Shown: positions 9,114 through 17,634 of the stretch, in pieces
Numbering within the stretch: position 1 is the first letter of the stretch
Layout of the letters: every line of letters starts with the position of its first letter
From: an uncultured Chloroflexia bacterium
Lineage (GTDB): Bacteria; Chloroflexota; Limnocylindria; Limnocylindrales; CSP1-4
Length of the DNA stretch: 64,000 nt
NCBI GenBank assembly: GCA_963772995.1
Contig: CAVYZQ010000034.1
Location: 47,050-111,049, forward strand
Reading direction: 5' to 3'
Position numbers and translations under genes: made by a program
Notes under the pieces: model-generated
The model's database searches: none
The model's input: only the letters and a program-made list of their open reading frames with translations
What the model was told of the DNA's origin: nothing

Positions 9114-9980
9114 ATGACCACCCAGTCCGTCCCGACCCAGCCCGTCCGCGAGCCATCGGGCATCCCGAAGAACCCGGGGCGGCGCGACCTCGGCATGCGG
9201 GCAACGCTGATCTTCCCCGACCGCGAGATCGTCGACCGGTTCTACGTGCCGATCATCTACACGGCGTGCCGGACCTGCTACTCCGAACAGGATCCCCAGG
9301 AGATCTTCCGGCGGGCTGTGGCCGGCGACTTCGATCCACTCAAGATGCAGAAGCTGATCGGGTCCGTGATCGAGTCCGGTCACGGCTCCACGATCGAGCA
9401 CGTCGTGTTCACTTTCGCGATCAGCGGGGTCTCGCGAACGCTGTCGCACCAGCTCGTCAGGCACCGGGCGGGAGTCGCCTTCGATCAGCAGAGCCAGCGC
9501 TACGTCAAGTTCAAGGGCGCCGCCACCATGCTCCCCCACTCCATCGCCGAGGGCGATCCGGAGCTGCGCGAGCGATACGAGGCCCAGGTCGACGGGGCAC
9601 TGGATCTGTACGGCGAGATGCTCGGGGCCGGCGTGCCCGGCGAGGACGCTCGTTTCGTCTTCCCCAACGCGACCCGCACGAACCTGGTCATGACGACCAA
9701 CCTGCGGGCGCTGATCCACATGTCGGGCCTGAGGCTGTGCACGATGGCCCAGTGGGAGATCCGGCGGCTGTTCCAGCTCATCCGCCACGAGGTCTTCGCG
9801 GTGTCGCCGTTCCTCGGGTCCTTCCTCGCGCCCAAGTGCGTGCCGCTCGGTTACTGCGACGAGTTCAACAACCGCGACGGGCATTGCCCGATCCGGCCGC
9901 ACAAGGACCGGGTCCTCGAGGCGTGGGCCGAGAAGGCTGCCGCCGCGAAGGCGGCGGGACGGGAGCTGCCGGTCACCTGA
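9114..9980 (+). CDS. thyX: FAD-dependent thymidylate synthase ThyX
   Basis: The ThyX signature is present: SHQLVRHRAGVAFDQQSQRY (RHR..S..SQRY). So are GHGSTIEHVVFTF and TNLVMTTNLRALIHM. ATG at 9114 (the ORF track starts at TTG 9105). TAGACT lies 11 nt upstream of the ATG, so the mRNA may be near-leaderless. Confidence 0.9.
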   Translation: MTTQSVPTQPVREPSGIPKNPGRRDLGMRATLIFPDREIVDRFYVPIIYTACRTCYSEQDPQEIFRRAVAGDFDPLKMQKLIGSVIESGHGSTIEHVVFTFAISGVSRTLSHQLVRHRAGVAFDQQSQRYVKFKGAATMLPHSIAEGDPELRERYEAQVDGALDLYGEMLGAGVPGEDARFVFPNATRTNLVMTTNLRALIHMSGLRLCTMAQWEIRRLFQLIRHEVFAVSPFLGSFLAPKCVPLGYCDEFNNRDGHCPIRPHKDRVLEAWAEKAAAAKAAGRELPVT

Positions 9981-10031
9981 CGTTCCGCCTCACGGGCCCT
10001 GCGCGGTGCCGCCCGCGCAAATGGTGCTCAC

Positions 10032-10165
10032 GAGTCAACACCTGAAGGTCGACAGTGGTCCGCAACGGCTGGGACCGTCCCCTCGAGCCGTCTTCGTGGG
10101 CGTCACCCACCGCCTCAGGCCCTCAAGACCGCGAATTCGACTCCTCGACGGCTCGGTGTTGACTC
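10032..10165. other. nested inverted-repeat element in the thyX/punA convergent gap (candidate structured RNA)
   Basis: GAGTCAACACC (10032-10042) pairs with GGTGTTGACTC (10155-10165). Inner stems are CGAGCCGTC (10084-10092) with GACGGCTCG (10147-10155), and GGTCC..GGACC. Local GC looks lower than the flanks. Confidence 0.2.
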
Positions 10166-10222
10166 CGAACCACCAGGTCGGGCTGGGCCGGAGATGCTCT
10201 CATGAGCCGCCCGGTCCAGACC

Positions 10223-11095
10223 CTACGCCGGCAGGTCCTCGACGAAACGCCGGATGACGCGGGCGAGCCGCGGTCCCGCCACGGCCCCCGCCTCCAGGAC
10301 CTCCTCGTGGGTCAGCGGCTCCCCTGTATAGCCCGCGCCGGCGTTGGTCACGAGCGACACGCCACAGACCTCGAGCCCCACCCAGCGCGCCGCGATGCAT
10401 TCGAGCACGGTCGACATCCCGACCGCGTGCCCGCCCAGCGCCGCCAGCATCCGGACTTCGGCGGGCGTCTCGTAGGTCGGGCCTGTCAGGCCCACGTACA
10501 CCCCCTCGACGAGCTCGACGCCCTCCTGGGAGGCCGCAGCATGCAGGCGCTCGCGGAGGCGCGGGCTCCATGCGTTCGTGAGGTCGGCGAAGCGCGGGCC
10601 GAGCTCGTCGGCATTGGGCCCGATGAGCGGATTCCGGCCGGTCAGGTTGATGTGGTCGCGCATCACCATGAGCGCCCCCGGGCCGAATGACGGATCGAGG
10701 CCACCGGCGGCGTTGGTCAGGACGACGACCCGCGCCCCCAGCCGCGCGAACAGGAGGACCGGCTGGATGACCAGACCCGGGTCGAAGCCTTCATACAGGT
10801 GGAACCGCCCCTGGAGCAGGACGACCGTGCGGCCACCGAGACGGCCCAGCAGCAGCCGTCCCGCGTGTCCTGGCGCGGTGGCGGCGGGCCAGCCGGGAAG
10901 GTCGGCGAAGGGGATGGCCACGGGGTCCGTGACGTCGTCGGCCAGCCCGCCCAGCCCCGACCCGAGCACGATGGCGATCTCGGGGACGAGGTCCGTCCGG
11001 GCCCGGACGGCCGCGGCGAGCGCCTCGATGAGGGCAGGCTGGTCAGCCGGGCGGATCGGCCGCGACGGATCGGGGATCGGTGCCGTTGACGACAT
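10223..11095 (-). CDS. punA: purine nucleoside phosphorylase (PNP-I family)
   Basis: ATG at 11095 lies behind GGAGG. Motifs seen: IAIVLGSGLGGLAD..., GRFHLYEG, VLTNAAGG, GPRFADL, GLTGPTYETPAE, GMSTVLE. Confidence 0.88.
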   Translation of the reverse strand: MSSTAPIPDPSRPIRPADQPALIEALAAAVRARTDLVPEIAIVLGSGLGGLADDVTDPVAIPFADLPGWPAATAPGHAGRLLLGRLGGRTVVLLQGRFHLYEGFDPGLVIQPVLLFARLGARVVVLTNAAGGLDPSFGPGALMVMRDHINLTGRNPLIGPNADELGPRFADLTNAWSPRLRERLHAAASQEGVELVEGVYVGLTGPTYETPAEVRMLAALGGHAVGMSTVLECIAARWVGLEVCGVSLVTNAGAGYTGEPLTHEEVLEAGAVAGPRLARVIRRFVEDLPA

Positions 11096-11337
11096 GCGGG
11101 CCTCCGGGAGCGCGTCTGGGGGGCGACCGTCCGAAGGCCCGCGGGCGGGTGTCGACCCGACGGGAGTATCGACACCGGGATGCCGATCACGTCCCGCCGG
11201 GCGCGTTCCCCGGCGGCAGGCCGTGGTGAGACGACCGCCACTGCGGGCAACGAATCGCCCGAAGCGACCGGCGTGGAGCGATGGTCCTTGATGTGATCTC
11301 GGTCCGCCGATCCTGACGGCCCCTTCGGGCAAGACCT

Positions 11338-11367
11338 ACGGTACGAGCCACCAGCGGGACGGGTCAA
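11338..11367 (-). promoter_or_regulatory. candidate promoter of punA (TTGACC-18-TACCGT) giving a ~240-nt leader
   Basis: The minus strand reads cgcgTTGACCcgtcccgctggtggctcgTACCGT. The -35 context CGCGTTGACCCGTC is repeated verbatim upstream of the aminotransferase gene. Confidence 0.35.
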
Positions 11368-11372
11368 CGCGG

Positions 11373-11448
11373 TTTTCCACGAAGTCCCCGGACGGGCGCC
11401 CGCGCCTGTCCACCAATCGGGTCTGGGTGTGGAAAAACCTGTGGACGA
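11373..11448. promoter_or_regulatory. cluster of four DnaA-box-like 9-mers (two per orientation)
   Basis: TTTTCCACg (11373-11381, +), cTGTCCACc (11406-11414, +), TTTTCCACA (complement of 11428-11436) and TcGTCCACA (complement of 11440-11448). Consensus is TT[ATG]TCCACA. Confidence 0.3.
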
Positions 11449-11477
11449 ACGGAGCGGGCGTCCGCTCGCACTCACGC

Positions 11478-11508
11478 GGAAAAGGGCGGCGGGTCCCCTC
11501 AGCCGCCC
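11478..11508 (-). terminator. intrinsic terminator of moaA
   Basis: The minus strand reads GGGCGGC-tgaggggaccc-GCCGCCC-TTTTCC. The 5' arm is the last codons of moaA, and the stop codon sits in the loop. Confidence 0.55.
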
Positions 11509-12563
11509 ATCGCGAACATCTCGATCTTCGGCAACGTCGACGTCGCCGCTGAGCGGATCTCGGAGTAACGGTCCGTCCGCCGGACCCAGATGCCGTCGAT
11601 GACCTCCGCCAGCTCGGCGTCGGAGGCGCCGCCGCGCAGCAGCGCCCGCAGGTCGTGGCCGGCGACCGCGAAGAGGCACGTGTAGAGCTTGCCCTCGGCC
11701 GAGATGCGTGCCCGCGTGCAGTCCCGGCAGAACGGCTGGGTCACCGACGAGATGACGCCGAACTCGCCGCCGCCGTCGAGGTAGCGCCAGCGGTCGGCGA
11801 CCTCGCCCGGGTAGTTCGGGTCGGCCGGCTCGATCGGCCAGATCGCGGCGATCGAGCCAAGGAGCTCGTCGGTGGGCACGACCTCGTCGAGCCGCCAGCC
11901 GTTCGAGTGACCGACGTCCATGTACTCGATGAACCTCAGGATCAGGCCTGACTCGCGCGCCCAGGCGGCCATCGGGACGATGCTCGATTCATTGATCCCC
12001 CGCCGGACGACCATGTTGATCTTGATGGGCGTCAGGCCAGCCTCGCGGGCTGCGTCGATGCCGTCGAGCACCTTGGCGACCGGGAAGTCGATCCCGTTCA
12101 TCGCTCCGAACACCGCATCATCGAGCGAGTCGAGACTGACCGTGACCCGTCGGAGACCCGCGTCGGCCAACGGTCGGGCCAGTCCGCGGAGCGCGGAGCC
12201 GTTGGTGGTCAGGGTCAGATCGACCTGGCCGCCGTCGGGCCGGCGGATGGCGGCCAGCATCGCGATGAGATCCGGCAGGTCCCGCCGCACGAGCGGCTCG
12301 CCTCCTGTGATCCGGAGCTTGCCGACGCCACCGCCCACGAACGCCCGGGCGATCCGCTCGATCTCCTCGAAGCTGAGGACCTGATCCCGCGGCAGGAACT
12401 CGAAGTCGCGCCCGAAGATCTCCTTGGGCATGCAGTACGTGCACCGGAAATTGCAGCGATCGGTGACCGAGATGCGCAGGTCGTGCATCGGCCGCCCGAG
12501 GTGGTCGAGTGGCGAACGCGGGGTTTCGGGACGCAGATCCGGAGCGGCGGACATCCGACCCAT
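11499..12563 (-). CDS. moaA: GTP 3',8-cyclase MoaA (radical SAM, molybdenum cofactor biosynthesis)
   Basis: The CNFRCTYCMP radical-SAM cluster motif is present. LRITGGEPLVRRD and the C-terminal auxiliary-cluster cysteines CRDCTRARISAEGKLYTCLF are also present. Start at 12563 (MGRMS..) or 12554. Confidence 0.9.
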   Translation of the reverse strand: MGRMSAAPDLRPETPRSPLDHLGRPMHDLRISVTDRCNFRCTYCMPKEIFGRDFEFLPRDQVLSFEEIERIARAFVGGGVGKLRITGGEPLVRRDLPDLIAMLAAIRRPDGGQVDLTLTTNGSALRGLARPLADAGLRRVTVSLDSLDDAVFGAMNGIDFPVAKVLDGIDAAREAGLTPIKINMVVRRGINESSIVPMAAWARESGLILRFIEYMDVGHSNGWRLDEVVPTDELLGSIAAIWPIEPADPNYPGEVADRWRYLDGGGEFGVISSVTQPFCRDCTRARISAEGKLYTCLFAVAGHDLRALLRGGASDAELAEVIDGIWVRRTDRYSEIRSAATSTLPKIEMFAMGG

Positions 12564-12787
12564 GGTAATCGCATACGCGGCCGTGGGCCCAGCAGGGCCC
12601 GGCAGGGCCCGTTCGGCGTGCCCGCGGCGCCTCATCCGCCGCCCGCGGCGCATGTCCGGCGGTACCACCGGCTCGACGTCCTGGTACCAACAGTCAACCG
12701 CACCGGACCCTCCCGCGCTGCCAGCATGCGACCAAGCCGCAGTGCCTGACCCTACCCGTCCGGCATCGCGCCAACGAGGACATCCAC

Positions 12788-14104
12788 ATGGCTCAGACCG
12801 CGACCCGACCCGGCTTTCGACTCCCCTGGACGGCTGACCCAGCCGAACCGGAGTCACCAGCGCATGGGGCCGAGACAGCCGACCAGGACACGGAGACGCC
12901 ACACATGATCGATGCCCTGACCCCCTCGTCGGCGAATGCGCCCACCACCCCGCCCGCCGGGGTCGCCCAGGCGGTCGGCTTCGACGCGGTGGCCGACGAG
13001 CGCCCGGCGACACCGAAACGCCAGTCCAAGCTCATGGCCGACCTCAGCCGCGCGATGCAGGCTGCGGCCGAGCATGCCCGCGACGAGACGATGACCCGCT
13101 TCGATGCCGACGCCAAGACGGTCGTCGAGGAGATCAACGCGGCCTCGACGGTCGAGTCTGCCAACCTCCGCCGCCGGGCAGACGACGACGTCGCCGCGGT
13201 CCGCGAGTGGTCGAAGGCCGAGATCGCCCGCGTCCGCGAGCTGACCGAGGAGCGGATCGGCCAGCGCAAGAGCGCGCTCGACGGCGAGATGGAGGGGCAC
13301 GCGTCCGTCATCCAGACGCGCATCGACGTCGGGGCCAGGGTCACCACGTACCGCACGGAGATGGACGATTTCTTCGGGCGGCTCCTCGCCGAGGAGGACC
13401 CGACACGCATCGCGACGATGGCCGAGATGATGCCCGAGCCACCGAGCCTCGCCGAGGTCGCGGCGTCCATCCTCGGTGTCGACCCGGCACCGTTCGCGAC
13501 GCCGAGCTTCCAGCCGGCGCCTTTCCCGGCTGCGGTGAGCGCCGGTCCCGAAGCGCCGGCGATCGCGGGCGTCCGAGGCGGACCAGACGCACCCGCGGTC
13601 ATCGATCTCGCGGCAGCGGAGGCCGAGGCTGCCGCCCTGAGCGCGGACATCGCCGCCGAGCCGGAGGGCCCGTCCTCGACGCAGGACCACGGGACCCGAT
13701 CAGGATCGGAGGCGACGGCGTCGACCAGGCCAGTCGCCGAGCGGACGTCCACTCGGGTCGTGGTGTTGGGACTCGTGAGCGTGGCGAGCATCGCCGCGTT
13801 CAAGCGAGAGATCAACCGGACCGCGGGCGTCGTGGGGATCGGCGTCGTTCCGGCGGCACGCGGACTCCGCTTCCCGGCACGGCGACGGGCAGGCGCCGCA
13901 AAGGCCACGACGCAGGGCCTGATCCGCGGATCGCAGGACCGCGACTGCACCAGCTTCAGCGCGTCCGGTCGGTCCAGTTCACCCCGCCCAGCGGGGCACC
14001 CGGAAGCCTCTCGTGCGGCTCCCCCGTCCGGGCGTCGACCTGCTCGACGCCGCGCAGGTAGGCACGATTTACCAGGACGATGTCCCGCTCCAGCTCCCCG
14101 ATGA
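12788..14104 (+). CDS. hypothetical coiled-coil protein with a conserved C-terminal VVLGLVSVASIAAFKR module. The 3' end is probably frame-shifted.
   Basis: 438-aa ORF with an Ala/Glu/Arg-rich heptad-like centre. After ..GVVGIGV (~13845) the frame becomes Arg-rich junk and overlaps the convergent gene by 149 nt. Other frames give RFPARHGDG.. and ..HDAGPDPRIAG.., so the true stop is likely near 13920-13960. Confidence 0.5.
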   Translation: MAQTATRPGFRLPWTADPAEPESPAHGAETADQDTETPHMIDALTPSSANAPTTPPAGVAQAVGFDAVADERPATPKRQSKLMADLSRAMQAAAEHARDETMTRFDADAKTVVEEINAASTVESANLRRRADDDVAAVREWSKAEIARVRELTEERIGQRKSALDGEMEGHASVIQTRIDVGARVTTYRTEMDDFFGRLLAEEDPTRIATMAEMMPEPPSLAEVAASILGVDPAPFATPSFQPAPFPAAVSAGPEAPAIAGVRGGPDAPAVIDLAAAEAEAAALSADIAAEPEGPSSTQDHGTRSGSEATASTRPVAERTSTRVVVLGLVSVASIAAFKREINRTAGVVGIGVVPAARGLRFPARRRAGAAKATTQGLIRGSQDRDCTSFSASGRSSSPRPAGHPEASRAAPPSGRRPARRRAGRHDLPGRCPAPAPR

Positions 14105-14591
14105 CCTGATCGCCCTTCGTCACGTAGGCCTGGACCACCGGGATGAACATCTCGGGCGAGCGATCCAACAGCCGATCGGGCTCGGTGCCCGGATAGAGTG
14201 AGATGGTGCCCACGACGCGGTAGGGCGGGACCTCGAGGCGCACGTCGTAGCTCACCTTGTGGACTCGAGGGGCGCTGCGTTCAGCGTCGGACATCGTGGA
14301 CAGCGATCCGGAGCCGCTGAACACCAGCACGAGGTCGTACGGGTCGATCGACTTCAGACCGGGTGCCGGGGTCAGAGGCTCCGTGCCGTCGGCCGGCGCC
14401 CAGCGGACGTCGGCGATCTCGATGGGTTCGCGGCGGTTGAGGACGTCCGACAGGCGCCCATCGACCAGCATGCGGCCGACGATCCGCCACTCTTCTGTGA
14501 TCCCGTCGAACGGGATGCCGCTCGGCGTCGGTTCGGTGGCGGGGTCCGCCGCCGGCGCCGTGTCCTTGCGCTTCAGGAACCCGAACGGCAC
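13956..14591 (-). CDS. conserved hypothetical protein (211 aa), co-transcribed with acs
   Basis: Intact ORF with protein-like composition. Its GTG start at 14591 lies 1 nt past the acs stop codon (14593-14595). Confidence 0.6.
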   Translation of the reverse strand: MPFGFLKRKDTAPAADPATEPTPSGIPFDGITEEWRIVGRMLVDGRLSDVLNRREPIEIADVRWAPADGTEPLTPAPGLKSIDPYDLVLVFSGSGSLSTMSDAERSAPRVHKVSYDVRLEVPPYRVVGTISLYPGTEPDRLLDRSPEMFIPVVQAYVTKGDQVIGELERDIVLVNRAYLRGVEQVDARTGEPHERLPGAPLGGVNWTDRTR

Positions 14592-14592
14592 A

Positions 14593-16563
14593 TCATTCCT
14601 CCGCGGCGCCGCTGTTCTCGCGGATCGTCTCGACGACGGTTTCGTCGGCGAGCGTGGTCGTGTCCCCGAGCGCCCTGCCCTCCGCGATGTCGCGCAACAG
14701 GCGGCGCATGATCTTGCCCGATCGAGTCTTGGGCAGGTCGGGCACGAACATGAGGAACCTGGGCCGGGCGATCGGACCGATCACGTACGCGACATGCTCG
14801 CGAAGCTGGATCGCCAGGGCGTCATCGGGTTCCTGGTCGGCCTTCAGGATCACGAACGCGAAGATCGCCTGGCCGGTGATGTCGTCCTTCTTGCCGACGA
14901 CCGCCGCCTCGGCGACCGAGCGATGGTCGACCAGCGCCGATTCGACCTCGGTCGTGGAGATCCGATGGCCCGCGACGTTCATGACGTCGTCCACCCGGCC
15001 GAGCAGCCAGAGGTAGCCGTCCATGTCGCGCTTGGCCCCGTCGCCCGCGAAGTACATCCCGGGGAACCGGCTCCAGTAGGTCTGGCGATAACGCTCGGGA
15101 TCGCCGTAGATGCCGCGCAGCATCCCGGGCCACGGACGCTTCAGAACGAGGTAGCCGCCGCCACCGAGCGGGACCGATTTGCCCTCGGCATCGACCACGT
15201 CGGCGGCGATGCCCGGAAACGGCAACGTGGCCGAGCCCGGTTTCGTGGTGGTGACTCCCGGCAGGGGGGTGATCATGATCTGGCCCGTCTCGGTCTGCCA
15301 CCAGGTGTCGACGACCGGCGCCTGGCCACGGCCGATGTGCTCGCGATACCACAGCCACGCCTCGGGGTTGATCGGCTCCCCCACCGAGCCGAGGACCCGC
15401 AGTGACGACAGGTCGTGCTTCGCCGGCCAGCTCTCACCCTGCTTCATGAACGCCCGGATCGCGGTCGGGGCGCAGTACAGGATGGACACGCGGTAGTCCT
15501 CGATGATCTTCCACCAGCGGTCCCACGCGGGCGTGTCGGGCGCGCCCTCGTACATGACCCCGGTGGTCGCGTTGGCGAGCGGGCCGTAGACGATGTAGCT
15601 GTGCCCGGTCACCCAGCCGATGTCGGCGGCGCACCAGTAGACATCGTCGGGCTTCGCGTCGAAGACGATCTCGTGGGTGAACGACGCGCCGAGCAGATAC
15701 CCCGCCGTCGTGTGCAGGATGCCCTTGGGCTTGGCTGTCGTCCCCGAGGTGTAGAGGAGGTAGAGCATGTGCTCGGCGTCGACCGCGATCGGCGGACAGT
15801 CCTCGGACTGGCGATTCACGATGTCGTGCCACCAGTGGTCGCGTCCCGGGACCATGTGGACGCCATGGCCGGTCCGGTTGACGACGATGGTCGCCTCGAT
15901 CGTCGGCGTGATCGACAGGGCCTCGTCGGCATGATGCTTCAGGCCGACCTCCTTGCCTCGCCGATACCCGCCATCGGCGGTGATCAGGACCTTGGCCTGG
16001 CAGTCGTTGATCCGGCCCGACAGCGCCTCGGCCGAGAAGCCGCCGAAGACGACCGTGTGGGGTGCGCCGATCCGGGCGCAGGCGAGCATCGCGATCGGCA
16101 GCTCCGGGATCATCGGCATGTAGATCGCGACGCGGTCGCCGGTCCGGACTCCGAGCTCGAGGAGCGCGTTCGCCGCCTTGCTGACCTCGCGCTGGAGATC
16201 GCGGAAGGTCAGCGTCCGGGTATCGCCGGGCTCGCCGATCCAGTGATAGGCGACCTTGTCGCCGAGGCCCCGTTCGACGTGGCGGTCGATGCAGTTGTAG
16301 CTGACGTTCAGCTGGCCGCCGGTGAACCACTTGGCGAACGGCAGGTCCCACTCGAGGGTCGTGGTGAAAGGCGTGGTCCAGTCGAGCTTCTCCCGGGCGC
16401 GCTTCGCCCAGAAGGCCTCGAAATCGGCCTCGGCCTCGGCGTACAGGTCCTCGCTGCCGTTGGCCTGGGCGGTGAATGCCGGGTCGGGCGGGAAGGTCCG
16501 CGACTCGGCGAGGAGATTCTCGATCTCGGGGGACGGGACGGTGGGTTCGACGCTCACGTTCAC
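14593..16563 (-). CDS. acs: acetyl-CoA synthetase (AMP-forming)
   Basis: Full-length Acs pattern: WFTGGQLNVSYNCIDRH, YTSGTTAKPKG, DIGWVTGHSY, WWQTETG, YFAGDGAKRDMDGYLWLLGRVDDV, PKTRSGKIMRR. The likely GTG start is 16563. The upstream 136 codons of the listed ORF are Arg/Pro junk. Confidence 0.92.
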   Translation of the reverse strand: MNVSVEPTVPSPEIENLLAESRTFPPDPAFTAQANGSEDLYAEAEADFEAFWAKRAREKLDWTTPFTTTLEWDLPFAKWFTGGQLNVSYNCIDRHVERGLGDKVAYHWIGEPGDTRTLTFRDLQREVSKAANALLELGVRTGDRVAIYMPMIPELPIAMLACARIGAPHTVVFGGFSAEALSGRINDCQAKVLITADGGYRRGKEVGLKHHADEALSITPTIEATIVVNRTGHGVHMVPGRDHWWHDIVNRQSEDCPPIAVDAEHMLYLLYTSGTTAKPKGILHTTAGYLLGASFTHEIVFDAKPDDVYWCAADIGWVTGHSYIVYGPLANATTGVMYEGAPDTPAWDRWWKIIEDYRVSILYCAPTAIRAFMKQGESWPAKHDLSSLRVLGSVGEPINPEAWLWYREHIGRGQAPVVDTWWQTETGQIMITPLPGVTTTKPGSATLPFPGIAADVVDAEGKSVPLGGGGYLVLKRPWPGMLRGIYGDPERYRQTYWSRFPGMYFAGDGAKRDMDGYLWLLGRVDDVMNVAGHRISTTEVESALVDHRSVAEAAVVGKKDDITGQAIFAFVILKADQEPDDALAIQLREHVAYVIGPIARPRFLMFVPDLPKTRSGKIMRRLLRDIAEGRALGDTTTLADETVVETIRENSGAAEE

Positions 16564-16666
16564 CCTCACGGTCGGTCTCGGCTGGCGCCGCCATCCTACC
16601 GCGGGATCCGGCGCACCGCGACCATCGCATCGTCCGGGGTCGCTTGCTGCCGACCGGGGCCTTCCT

Positions 16667-17602
16667 CTACTCGGCGCCGGCGGCGAGCTCCTCGTCGGTC
16701 GGACCCGCGGGCGTTGGCAGAGCGGGTTGCGGGTCCTGGCCGAGATTGGCGCGTTGCCATCCCGGGATCTCGATGCCGTTGGTCTCGAGGGCAGCCAGCA
16801 GGCGCTTGCGGAAATCGCCCGCGGCGTCCCACTGGTCCGCCGCCCGGACGGTGCCCTGGACCTTGAGCGTGACCCCCGTATCGGCGAGCGCGGAGACATG
16901 GAGGACCCGTGGCGCCTCCAGGACGCGGCGCCGCCAGATCGGGTCGGCGGCCATCTCCCGACCGACGGCATCGACGACCCCAGTCACACGGTCGAGGTCC
17001 GTCCCGTAGCCGACAGTCACGTCCTGGTTGATCCGGGCCCACGTCCTCGTCTGGTTCGAGGCGACGCGGATCTCGCCGTTCGGGACGGTGTGGACGACGC
17101 CGTCCGCGTCCCGCAGGGTCGTCCGTCGGAGCGTGAAGTCTTCGACGGTGCCCGCGACCCCGGCGATCCGCACCACATCGCCCTTGGAGAACTGGTTCTC
17201 GATGAGGATGAGGACGCCGTTGAGGTAGTCGCGCACGAGGCTCTGGGCACCGAAGCCGATCGCGATGCCCACGATCCCGAGCCCCGCGATGGCCGGTCCG
17301 ATGCTGAAGCCCAGCTGGCCGAGGATCATGAGCCCGGCGATGGCCACGATCAGGAACTGGGCCGAGTTCGACCCGAGCGTGTCGATCGTGTCCATGCGCT
17401 TCTTGAGCTCGACGGCGCTCAGCTCCTGGGCCGTTCCCTCGGCCGCCTCCCGGTCGAGGAGCGTCTTCACGACGCCGTGGACGAACACCCTGGCAAGGCG
17501 GATGGCGACATAGGCCACCACCACGATGACCAGGACCGGCAGCACCTCCTGGCGGAGGAACGGCAGGATGTCCGTCCAGGGCTTCTTGTCGAAGTCGGGC
17601 AT
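16667..17602 (-). CDS. small-conductance mechanosensitive channel (MscS family)
   Basis: Three TM segments are followed by GFGAQSLVRDYLNGVLILIENQFSKGDVVRIAGVAGTVEDFTLRRTTLRD, which is the MscS beta-domain. Confidence 0.85.
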   Translation of the reverse strand: MPDFDKKPWTDILPFLRQEVLPVLVIVVVAYVAIRLARVFVHGVVKTLLDREAAEGTAQELSAVELKKRMDTIDTLGSNSAQFLIVAIAGLMILGQLGFSIGPAIAGLGIVGIAIGFGAQSLVRDYLNGVLILIENQFSKGDVVRIAGVAGTVEDFTLRRTTLRDADGVVHTVPNGEIRVASNQTRTWARINQDVTVGYGTDLDRVTGVVDAVGREMAADPIWRRRVLEAPRVLHVSALADTGVTLKVQGTVRAADQWDAAGDFRKRLLAALETNGIEIPGWQRANLGQDPQPALPTPAGPTDEELAAGAE

Positions 17603-17634
17603 GCTCGGGACAGCCTAGCGTGCAGTGGCCGCGC

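Noticed and set aside
8310-9902. 530-aa minus-strand ORF; similar long shadows at 572-1654, 5361-6626, 10717-11679, 36568-37788 and 40671-41780
   Set aside because: All overlap motif-bearing genes on the other strand (thyX, aldolase, cyclase, punA, ugd, WbaP). All show Arg/Pro/Gly-rich junk composition.
10006-10257. 83-aa + strand ORF in the thyX/punA gap
   Set aside because: It has Arg/Pro/Gly/Ser-rich composition, no SD, and it overlaps the 3' end of punA. The region is better explained by the nested inverted repeats.
11096-11498. Long non-coding region tested by eye for RNase P RNA, SRP RNA, tmRNA and the purine riboswitch
   Set aside because: The conserved cores were not found on either strand. 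These are GGAAAGUCCGGGC / ACAGAACCCGGCUUA for RNase P, GUCAGGUCCGGAAGGAAGCAGC for SRP, the tmRNA 3' end, and the purine-riboswitch junction. CGAAGTCCCCGGACGGG is only a superficial resemblance.
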